A stretch of 64,000 bases of DNA from Bdellovibrionales bacterium (GTDB lineage: Bacteria; Bdellovibrionota; Bdellovibrionia; Bdellovibrionales; JAUICD01). Each line of letters starts with the position of its first letter. Position 1 is the first letter of the stretch. The stretch lies in the NCBI GenBank assembly GCA_965203875.1, contig OZ241914.1, forward strand, positions 553,145-617,144, read 5' to 3'. A program made the position numbers and the translations under genes. Shown here one piece after another: positions 25,514 to 33,778 of the stretch. The notes below the pieces were generated by a model. The model was not told the origin of the DNA and searched no databases. It was given only the letters and a program-made list of their open reading frames with translations.

Positions 25514-26767
25514 ATGAAAGTCAACCAAATATATCATGGTGATAACCTTCATTTTATGCCTGATATGAAGCCTGAAAGTATAGATTTAATTTATATTGAT
25601 CCACCATTTGGAACACAGAGTTTATGGCAATCTAAAGCGTTTAGGGAAAAAGTACAAGAATTAAAGTTTTATGATATTTTTGGAGGCGGTGACTCAGGAT
25701 ATATAAATTTTATGGTCCCAAGGCTAAGGCAGATGCACAGGCTTTTAAAACCTACTGGCTCTTTGTTTGTTCACCTGGATTGGCGAATGAGTCATTGTAT
25801 TAAGATGGAGCTGGACAAAATATTTGGAGTTACAAATTCAGCTTCTTCAAAAACAAATTTTATTAATGAAATCATTTGGTTTTATCCAAATGGAGGGGGA
25901 AGAGGTAAATCTCGATTAAATAAAAAACACGACACCATACTATGGTACGCCAAAGATAAAGCACAATTCAAATACAACTGGAAAGACATTTCATTGACAA
26001 GGAACAAGGATCAAAAAACTTTTGGAGGATATTTTAAAAAAGATAAAAAAGGAACCTATCAGGAGGTAAGATCAAACAATAAAATCTACAAGTACTATGT
26101 AGATGAACCAAAAAATAATGACGATGTGTGGTTTTTAAATATCATCTCACAAAGAGATAAGACTGAAAGGCTAGGTTATCCAACTCAAAAACCTCTAGAT
26201 TTACTTAAAAGAATTATACTAATGGCCTCAGATAAAAATGATCTTATTGCAGATTTTTTTTGTGGCTGCGGAACAGCTATTGATGCTGCTCAAATATTAG
26301 ATAGAAGATGGATAGGAATGGATGCAAGTCATACAGCTTGTGAAGTTATGCAAAAAAGAATGGAAGATAGGCATAGTCTTTTTATTGGAATAGACAAAAA
26401 GCCTATGACTTATGAAGAATTTAAAAAACTTAAGCCTTTACAATTTGAAAAAGAAGCTGTCCGTTATATTGGCGGTGTGACAAATGATGTGCAAATTGGA
26501 GATGGAGGAATTGATGGCAGATTAGCTTTTGACGGAACACCAATACAAGTAAAAAAGTCTGAAAAACCAATGGGAGATACAGATCATTTTAGGAGTTTTT
26601 ACATGCCACTAAAAGAACATGGGAGAGGTATTTTTATTACTTTAAGCGGCTATACAAATCCAGCAAAACAGAGAGCCAATGATTGGCGTAAAGAAGGTTT
26701 AGATATTCAATTATTAGATATAAAAGATATTCTGGCTGGCAGATTCAGAGAACAACCAGCAGCATGA
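25514..26767 (+). CDS. DNA methyltransferase (N6-adenine/N4-cytosine, beta-class order) fused to a C-terminal Mrr-like PD-(D/E)XK domain
   Basis: Motif IV DLIYIDPPF near the N-terminus, YPTQKP, and motif I ADFFCGCGTAIDAA…WIGMD. In the C-terminal ~110 aa (nt ~26441-26767), GDGGIDGRLAFDGTPIQVKKSEK…GRGIFITLSGYTNPAKQRAN…IQLLDIKDIL parallels the Mrr catalytic-domain pattern D-GIDG…(i)Q-K…GvfiTTsxFtxxA…LiDgxxL. Confidence 0.75.
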   Translation: MKVNQIYHGDNLHFMPDMKPESIDLIYIDPPFGTQSLWQSKAFREKVQELKFYDIFGGGDSGYINFMVPRLRQMHRLLKPTGSLFVHLDWRMSHCIKMELDKIFGVTNSASSKTNFINEIIWFYPNGGGRGKSRLNKKHDTILWYAKDKAQFKYNWKDISLTRNKDQKTFGGYFKKDKKGTYQEVRSNNKIYKYYVDEPKNNDDVWFLNIISQRDKTERLGYPTQKPLDLLKRIILMASDKNDLIADFFCGCGTAIDAAQILDRRWIGMDASHTACEVMQKRMEDRHSLFIGIDKKPMTYEEFKKLKPLQFEKEAVRYIGGVTNDVQIGDGGIDGRLAFDGTPIQVKKSEKPMGDTDHFRSFYMPLKEHGRGIFITLSGYTNPAKQRANDWRKEGLDIQLLDIKDILAGRFREQPAA

Positions 26768-26806
26768 TTTTAACAGTCGCTTATTAGATATAGTTTAATT
26801 GTCAAT

Positions 26807-27550
26807 TTAAGGTGAGCCAAAGGTAATTCTATGTCTAGAACAATACCTAAGATTATGCATTTGATAGCCGCCACTAATCCCTGATGCATATTGGTCGGCC
26901 CTTTCAACAATTAGATCCATGTATACATATGGATTTCCTAAATTATATCCAGCAATAAAACTAGCTTCTACGCTTGGATTTATTGGCGTCATCAACAGTA
27001 CCACACCACCTGGGCCTTGAGCTACAAGTTGATAATTACCAAACGAAGTGCCGTGCATAGTTGCAGGGTATTCTACAAATACGTTGTATCGGCCTGCTGG
27101 TATTATGCAGTTGTTAAATGGTCTTAATGCACCTGGGTGGTAGCCTGATTGATATTGAAAACCACCATACATACCATTGAACAGATAAGTATTACCTAAA
27201 TCATACGCTAAAAGCAGTTCTGCTCTTATATCTACAGGACCGCTCCATGATATGCTCTTTAAAAATATAGGACTAAAAGCTTGTGGGTAATTATAATTCC
27301 CATGAGGTGAAAGTGTAAGATTAATTAAATGCCCGCCCGAGTGGTACCCTGTGGCTTGATATACTTGACCACCAGGATAGGCACCACCTAATGGACCATA
27401 CCCAGCACCGTATCCGCCGCCATATCCACCGTACCCGTATCTGTTTATTGGTTTTTGTCCACAACCAACTACCACATAAGAAGATATTAGAACACAAGCT
27501 ACAACAACAAGAGAGGTAATCAGTAAGCCAGACTTATACTTCTTCTTCAT
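26807..27550 (-). CDS. Gly/Tyr-rich lipoprotein, hypothetical
   Basis: Signal and lipobox (LISSYVVVGC), followed by YGYGGYGGGYGAGYGPLGGAYPGG. I recognise no family. Confidence 0.5.
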   Translation of the reverse strand: MKKKYKSGLLITSLVVVACVLISSYVVVGCGQKPINRYGYGGYGGGYGAGYGPLGGAYPGGQVYQATGYHSGGHLINLTLSPHGNYNYPQAFSPIFLKSISWSGPVDIRAELLLAYDLGNTYLFNGMYGGFQYQSGYHPGALRPFNNCIIPAGRYNVFVEYPATMHGTSFGNYQLVAQGPGGVVLLMTPINPSVEASFIAGYNLGNPYVYMDLIVERADQYASGISGGYQMHNLRYCSRHRITFGSP

Positions 27551-27556
27551 CTAAAG

Positions 27557-28666
27557 TTAATTCCTTTTATTCCTAACGCTTTTTCTTTTTGTAAGTACCA
27601 CCGCTATTACCAATACAAAAAATCCTCCCATAAGATAAAACATCCATACCCTGCTGGCGTTTTCAACCGATGCTAAACCTCTGGACAAATCTGTAGTTGA
27701 GAGTGAAGCAAAATAGTCGCTTTGAGCATCCAGTATATTAAAGTTATTAAATGAACCTAATCTGGTGTAATTTCTTTGTATGGTTCTTTTTTTACAAATA
27801 TATCTTCTTTGTTTTTTGTCGTACTTGGCTCCACCACCTGTACAATGATGCACTTGATAGGTAGAAGCACCTGATGAAGGGGATAACGTACTGGTGTGAC
27901 ATTGATAAGGGCCTGCTTTTAAGAGCCAACAATGTTGGTGCAGGCTCTTTTCTCCACATCCGTGCCATACTCCATTTATATAATCGCCCCCACCAGGACA
28001 ATATGGTGGAAGATAGTGAAGTGAACCTTGCATGGTTCCATTATCTCCTCTTTCATGTCCATAGAAAATAAATGCTCCTCCCATAAGATCGTAGTCTGCA
28101 CCCCATGGATCCAATATTTCAAATATTAGTCTTAAGCTTGCACCTTTTCCATAGGAGTGCCTTTTGGCTTCGTTTGATTCATTAAACAGAACTGTGCAAC
28201 CCTTCCACCAAGAACATTCTTTAACAGATGTTTGCATCATTACGGTTTCAGCTCTGGCTTTTATTTCTTGAAACTGGCCATCTGATATCCAGCCTATATT
28301 GAGATCTCCTTGGTAATGCTGTTGTTGTCCTTCATCTGCAACCACTATGGTTTGTAGCTCAAGGTTAATACTTAGTGACTCAAATTGATTTACACTTAGA
28401 CCAAGATCGGTGCCTAGAGTTTCCAAGGTTCTTCTAGCTGCACTACTTGGAAGTGACAATTCCACTGTTTCACCAAATTCCCACTCCGAGAATGTTTCTT
28501 CATCATCCGTACTGCTGCTTGAAGGATCATCAGAGGATGGATTGTTTATGGATGCTCCTTTACCACAGTTTACCAGTAATGCTGCTGAACATATTAGAAA
28601 AAATAGTTTTAAAATATTCACCCGATAACCCCCTGAATACTCAAGTTCTGCCAGGCTTTTCGGCAA
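27557..28666 (-). CDS. Hypothetical envelope protein (lipobox N-terminus, Cys/His-rich core, C-terminal TM anchor)
   Basis: The probable start is GTG at 28621 (VNILKLFFLICSAALLVNC). C-terminal VWMFYLMGGFFVLVIAVVLTKRKSVRNKRN. It ends 6 nt upstream of the Gly/Tyr-rich gene (operon). Confidence 0.5.
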   Translation of the reverse strand: MPKSLAELEYSGGYRVNILKLFFLICSAALLVNCGKGASINNPSSDDPSSSSTDDEETFSEWEFGETVELSLPSSAARRTLETLGTDLGLSVNQFESLSINLELQTIVVADEGQQQHYQGDLNIGWISDGQFQEIKARAETVMMQTSVKECSWWKGCTVLFNESNEAKRHSYGKGASLRLIFEILDPWGADYDLMGGAFIFYGHERGDNGTMQGSLHYLPPYCPGGGDYINGVWHGCGEKSLHQHCWLLKAGPYQCHTSTLSPSSGASTYQVHHCTGGGAKYDKKQRRYICKKRTIQRNYTRLGSFNNFNILDAQSDYFASLSTTDLSRGLASVENASRVWMFYLMGGFFVLVIAVVLTKRKSVRNKRN

Positions 28667-28791
28667 GTTGTGGTGTTTTGTTTAGTATCCTAAAGATTGT
28701 GTTCATCTTGTATCAAAGTTGCTCTGTTACCAGACTTTGGTGGAGGAAATTGTGTTGTACGGTTATCTCTTATGTAGAATAATACTTTTTA

Positions 28792-28880
28792 GCGCCAATG
28801 CTGGAATTGGTAGACAGGCTAGGTTGAGGGCCTAGTGGAGATTATTTTCCGTGGTGGTTCAAGTCCACCTTGGCGCACCA
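28792..28880 (+). tRNA. tRNA-Leu (anticodon GAG), CCA encoded
   Basis: Manual cloverleaf: acceptor GCGCCAA/TTGGCGC, D-loop AATTGGTAGA, anticodon arm CTAGG-TTGAGGG-CCTAG, a long variable arm, T-arm GGTGG-TTCAAGT-CCACC, discriminator A and CCA. Confidence 0.9.
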
Positions 28881-28955
28881 AACTATGACTACAGGTTTTT
28901 ATAACAATAAAAATAAGCGTGCTGTTTGTAGAATAGAAGCTTTGTTAGGTGTGAT

Positions 28956-29743
28956 CTAATAAGTGGGCAAATTAGGTTTCAACAACTTGCGTACTTTGGA
29001 TTTTCTCCCGAAACCAAGTAAACCAAGTGCAAAAGGTGGATTATAATAGTTGTATAAATCGATAGGTATCATATATCTAACATCATCACCAAGGACGCCT
29101 TGCATCTTTATATGTGCTGCTAAAGTAACATCAGCACCATTTTCAACAAATAGTTCAGCCGTTTTCCAATATTCAGACATAGCCATTTTGTGTAGTACTT
29201 TAGTCCGTCCTTAAAAGTAGTATTTACATTACTTCCGTAATCAATCAATAGCTGCATTTTATTAAGCTCTTGTTTGCTTTGACCAGATATTGCCAATGCC
29301 ATTAAAGCAGTAGCACCATCAAAGGATCTTCTTTGATCTAGCAGCACATCAATTTCATCTGACAGATCTATAAAAGTTTGAATGAATTCAAGTGAGATAT
29401 TCTTTCTTGCAGCGTAGTGCAATTTATTTTCACCCCATTTGTTTACTGACTCTATATTCAGACCATTTTTTGTTAATAAAATTAGTGCAGATACACTCTG
29501 TACTATGTGTGCAAGTGTGTTGTGAGAGTTATTAAATTTTGCATTTACATTAGCTCCTTGGTCAATGATATGCTTAATTTGATCTAGATCAGGTTTGCGT
29601 TTATTAACCGCATTAAAAAGTTGTTCATCTAATTTTTCCTGCTTTAACGTTAAGGCTCGAGCACAATCGTAGGATGTTGTACTAGCAGATGCATGTGATA
29701 CACATACTAGGAAAATAAAATAGACACCAAAACTTCTCATCAC
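28956..29743 (-). pseudogene. Secreted ankyrin-repeat protein gene split by a 1-nt frameshift (paralog of 29839..30678)
   Basis: ORFs 29120..29743 and 28956..29186 together align along the full length of the intact paralog. The frame changes near 29208-29216 (…NVNTTFK | GRTKVLHKMAMSEYWKTAELFVENGADV versus the paralog …NAAVKKNRTTALHKAAKYGYLKAAELLIENGASV). Confidence 0.7.
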
Positions 29744-29838
29744 GAGATGGTAACATACATCTTACAAAGTGTAAGTATTTTAATGATCTACGTTTATAAA
29801 TAATTTGTAAATATATAAGTAACTTTTTCAAGTTTCAG

Positions 29839-30678
29839 CTACCGTACTTTGTCACGATACGGTCTATACTCTGCATTAGAGTTTAATACTCTAGGTAGAG
29901 TAGGCCTCAGCAATGTACGTGCTTTGGAGTTTTTCCTGAAATCCTCAAAATGTGCGTGATACTGATACAAATCTATGGGTAGCACATGTCTAGCTCTATG
30001 ATCAAAGCCAAGCTTTAACTTTGCCATTGCATCAACACTTGCACCATTTTCAATTAATAATTCGGCAGCTTTCAAATATCCGTACTTGGCTGCTTTGTGT
30101 AGTGCTGTTGTTCTATTCTTCTTAACAGCAGCATTTACATCACTTCCGTTATCAATCAACAGCTGCATTTTCTCAAGCTTTTGTTTACTTTCACCAGATG
30201 ATGCTAATACCATCAAAGGAGTAGCACCGTCATAGGTTCTTCTTTGATCTAACAGTGCACCGCTGTCTTCGCTTGAAAGTTCTATGAAAGCTTTAATTAA
30301 TCCAAGTGGGGTATTTCTTTTTTCAGCGTAGTGCAGTCTGTTTTCACCCCCTCTATCTACTGATCCTAAATGTAGGCCATTTTCTGCCAATAGGACTAGT
30401 GTAGACACACCCTTTACTGCATGTGCAAGTGTTTTGCGAGACCGTCCAAACTTTGCATTTACATTAGCTCCCTGACCTATAAGATACTTAATTCGATCTA
30501 GCTTTGGCCTTCGTTTAGTAACTGCACTAAAAAGTTGTTCATCTAATTTTCTTTGTTCCAACATCAAAGCTTGAGTACAAGCGGAGGATGTTGTGCTACC
30601 TGAAACTGAGGTATGTGCACATACCAAAAAGAAAATACAAAATATAACACAATTTTTCACCGCAAAACAGTAACACAT
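29839..30678 (-). CDS. Secreted ankyrin-repeat protein
   Basis: Signal-like N-terminus (VIFCIFFLVCAHTSVSG) and ANK motifs (…TALHKAAKYGYLKAAELLIENGASVD…, GQGANVNA…). It is a tandem paralog of the downstream gene. Confidence 0.8.
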   Translation of the reverse strand: MCYCFAVKNCVIFCIFFLVCAHTSVSGSTTSSACTQALMLEQRKLDEQLFSAVTKRRPKLDRIKYLIGQGANVNAKFGRSRKTLAHAVKGVSTLVLLAENGLHLGSVDRGGENRLHYAEKRNTPLGLIKAFIELSSEDSGALLDQRRTYDGATPLMVLASSGESKQKLEKMQLLIDNGSDVNAAVKKNRTTALHKAAKYGYLKAAELLIENGASVDAMAKLKLGFDHRARHVLPIDLYQYHAHFEDFRKNSKARTLLRPTLPRVLNSNAEYRPYRDKVR

Positions 30679-30774
30679 ATCTTACAAAATGATAAATACT
30701 TTCATGATCAACGTTTGTAAAATGTGAGTAACTTTTTCAATAGATGTAGGTTATGGAAAACTCTAGACTTTGCA

Positions 30775-30902
30775 AAACTTGTTCACCATACGCAACAAAT
30801 CTTAGTGTAAGGCTTTCAAGCCAGTCGTAGACTGGCGTACCTCGGAAAGCCTTACACTAAGATTTGTTGTATTAAAAACTCGATCAAAAATGAATACCCT
30901 TA
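30775..30902 (-). repeat. L-module plus class-B long hairpin immediately 3' of rpoN
   Basis: Minus-strand reading directly after the rpoN TAG: TAAGGGTATTCATTTTTGATcgagtttttaatacaac…. A perfect 25-bp inverted repeat follows (30793-30817 caacaaatcttagtgtaaggctttc / 30845-30869 gaaagccttacactaagatttgttg) enclosing an inner hairpin ccagtc-gta-gactgg. Confidence 0.85.
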
Positions 30903-32351
30903 CTAATAAAACCTCTTCCTTCTCCTGGAAGAAGGTATCCCCAAACGCTCCCTATACTTAGACACAGTCCTTCTGGCTACGTCAATTCCACTGGCTCTTA
31001 ACATAGTCCAGAGCTTAGAATCCGAATAAGGTTTTTTTGGATCTTCATTATCTATAATATTTTTAATCTGTGATTTAACCTTGTTGCTAGCAACAAACTG
31101 ACCGCTATCACTAGATACACCAGAATTAAAAAAATACTTAAGCTCAAAAATACCTCTAGGAGTATGCATGTATTTATTAGTAGTCACTCTAGACACTGTT
31201 GACCCATGCAAACCCACGTCATGAGCTATATCTCTTAAAATCATGGGCCTAATAAAATCCTTACCTTTTTCAAAAAATTCCATCTGATGTTTCACTATGC
31301 TACTAGCCACCTTGTATATAGTTCGCTGCCTCTGATCAATAGAATTTATTAAAAAACGAGCAGACTTCAACCGCTCCCTTATATAATTCTTAGCCTCACT
31401 CTTTGCCAAAGAACTAGAACGAAAAGTCTTTTTATAAAAATTAGAAATTCTTATTCTAGGCACGCCTTCATCATTGAGTGATACGACATAGCCACCTCGT
31501 TGTACTTTATTAACATACACATCAGGAACAACATATTGAGTTTCGTTATTATCAGGTGAAAAAACAAAGCCAGGTTTAGGATCCATATCAAACACTATCT
31601 GACACAGCTCTTTTACATACTCGATGCTAAGTTTCATTTTTTTAGAAATGGTTTTATAATCCCTATTCTCCAAATTAGTTAGATGGTTTTGTACCAACTC
31701 TACCACATCCTTTGTATCTTCTTCCAAATGCTTGGCCTGGATCAAAAGACATTCTTTTAGATTCCTAGCACCTACACCAGGTGGATCAAATTCATGAAGC
31801 AAAACCAGATTTTCCTCTAAAGCCTCTAATTCAATACCCACCTCTTCAGATATTTTTTCAAGTGGAGTTTTTATATAGCCATCGTCCTCTACGTACTCAA
31901 CTAATTTACCTACAACATGAACTTCCTCATCACTGAAGCCGCTAAGCCCAACCTGCCAATTCAAATGATCAGAAAGAGTCCTAGAAGAAGATATTACGTT
32001 TTCATAACTCCTGGCTTCATCCTTGCTATATTTGGTCACGGTTTGATCTGTACCACCTGCACTATCTACATACTTTTCCCAATCGAAGTCGTCTTGATCT
32101 GCTTTTCTTGGATCATCATAAGACTCCAGATCACTTTCCTTAGAATCTCTTAACTCACCACCTTGTAGATCTTCTGCTTGAGTATCTGTTATTTCTTCTA
32201 AAACGGGATTTTCTTCCATCTCCTTTCTTATAGCTATTTCTAATTCAATCCTGGACATTTGCAATAATTTGATCGCCTGCTGAAGTTGAGGGGTAATCCT
32301 CAAAGTTTGTATCTGAGACGTATTCAAAGTCTGTTTAAATTGCTGAGACAT
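30903..32351 (-). CDS. rpoN: RNA polymerase sigma-54 factor
   Basis: N-terminal Gln-rich region I (LNTSQIQTLRITPQLQQAIKLLQMS), an HTH region and the RpoN box ARRTVSKYRE near the C-terminus. Confidence 0.95.
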   Translation of the reverse strand: MSQQFKQTLNTSQIQTLRITPQLQQAIKLLQMSRIELEIAIRKEMEENPVLEEITDTQAEDLQGGELRDSKESDLESYDDPRKADQDDFDWEKYVDSAGGTDQTVTKYSKDEARSYENVISSSRTLSDHLNWQVGLSGFSDEEVHVVGKLVEYVEDDGYIKTPLEKISEEVGIELEALEENLVLLHEFDPPGVGARNLKECLLIQAKHLEEDTKDVVELVQNHLTNLENRDYKTISKKMKLSIEYVKELCQIVFDMDPKPGFVFSPDNNETQYVVPDVYVNKVQRGGYVVSLNDEGVPRIRISNFYKKTFRSSSLAKSEAKNYIRERLKSARFLINSIDQRQRTIYKVASSIVKHQMEFFEKGKDFIRPMILRDIAHDVGLHGSTVSRVTTNKYMHTPRGIFELKYFFNSGVSSDSGQFVASNKVKSQIKNIIDNEDPKKPYSDSKLWTMLRASGIDVARRTVSKYRERLGIPSSRRRKRFY

Positions 32352-32622
32352 ACAAAAAACTCCTAGGCTTATTATAAGTCATATTCACCATATCTTCCAG
32401 AATAAAAGTTTTTATTAAAATAGCTGGCCCATCTGCTGTTTGATGGTTTAACAAAATAGAATGTGTGGCTTATAGAAAATTACTTAATTAAAACAACAAC
32501 ACTAACAGTCTAGTTTATTGGGCCTATATACTGGTTATTTGAGTATTAGGATGTTGCTAAAGTTTAAACTGCTCTTAGTTTTTTTGCGTAAGATTTGCAT
32601 TTTGTCATGGTACGTTTCTTAT

Positions 32623-33540
32623 TTAGAATAGAGCTTTTCTAGTTCCAATTTTTAGTTCTAATCTGTGACCTTGGTTGTTGCGTAATGTGATGCTACCTTT
32701 TTCTTTTATGAATTTCATTGCATCTTGCATTGCATTTTGCAATTCATAATCAAATGTGTGCCCGCCTAGATATACATAATTATAACTTGTACCTAAAGTT
32801 AGTGGACCTACATCAAAATCAACACCTGCTCCTACCTGACCAGCTGGTATTAATGCCCAATCACTAACCTTACCTAAATCCAATGTCAGATCAATAAAAC
32901 TATTTGAAACACCTACATTTGCAGATATGTAAGGGGTAACAATACTCCTGTTGTCAAAAGAAAAATTACCACCAACTGCCACTAGCACATTGTTTCTGTT
33001 ACCTTCAAACCCTATGTTTCTATAATTACAATTCCATTGTATGGGCTGAGTATTAGGCACAGGAGAACATCTGCGAACTTGCTGGATACCGTTTTCAATT
33101 TTGTGTCTAAAGTAAGCTGTCTCAAAATCAGCAGATAATCCTCTAAATGGTTTATATTCCAATCTAAGTGCTACAGATGGAAAAAGTGTTTCTTTCAGTT
33201 CAACAGGTGCCAGGTGATCATGTGTATGTATATCTATTGATCCAGCAGGCTCATTCTCATCACAAACTTTCTTACTAGCATTAAAACGTTCGTCATCACC
33301 GAAGCTTTGAGTACAATTATCGTCAAAAAATATATCCAGTTTATCCGCAAACATCGTGCCTAACTGTACAGACAGACGCCACCCATACTCATCGTAATAG
33401 AATACTCTGTTGTCGTTCACACGCTCCATACGCTCTCTAACTTGAGCATAAGAAACAGAACAGCCTAGAAAAACTGTAACAAGTAACACTTTTGCAAGAT
33501 AACCCTTCATACAGGATCCCTCCCCCACGCTTTTGGACAA
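32623..33540 (-). CDS. Outer-membrane beta-barrel protein, hypothetical
   Basis: Signal peptide (likely start at 33510: MKGYLAKVLLVTVFLGCSVSYAQ), an alternating beta-strand pattern and a C-terminal …KALF (terminal Phe). Confidence 0.55.
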   Translation of the reverse strand: MSKSVGEGSCMKGYLAKVLLVTVFLGCSVSYAQVRERMERVNDNRVFYYDEYGWRLSVQLGTMFADKLDIFFDDNCTQSFGDDERFNASKKVCDENEPAGSIDIHTHDHLAPVELKETLFPSVALRLEYKPFRGLSADFETAYFRHKIENGIQQVRRCSPVPNTQPIQWNCNYRNIGFEGNRNNVLVAVGGNFSFDNRSIVTPYISANVGVSNSFIDLTLDLGKVSDWALIPAGQVGAGVDFDVGPLTLGTSYNYVYLGGHTFDYELQNAMQDAMKFIKEKGSITLRNNQGHRLELKIGTRKALF

Positions 33541-33778
33541 TAAACCGACCAGGCTGGCATGTCAAAGATCACATCAAACAACTGAAAATAATATAAAATT
33601 AAAGCTGCGGCACACTCTGTGTAGGGTATGAGATTTTCTATGGTCAAATTTTAGTCATAGTGCAATGCTAGACTAAAGTTTATCATATGAATATCCGAGA
33701 CATATAGAAGCGGTGGTTGACGGTCTTCTTGTTTTAGCTGCTGATAAATATTTTACAAAACTATTTTAAAGGAGCGTA

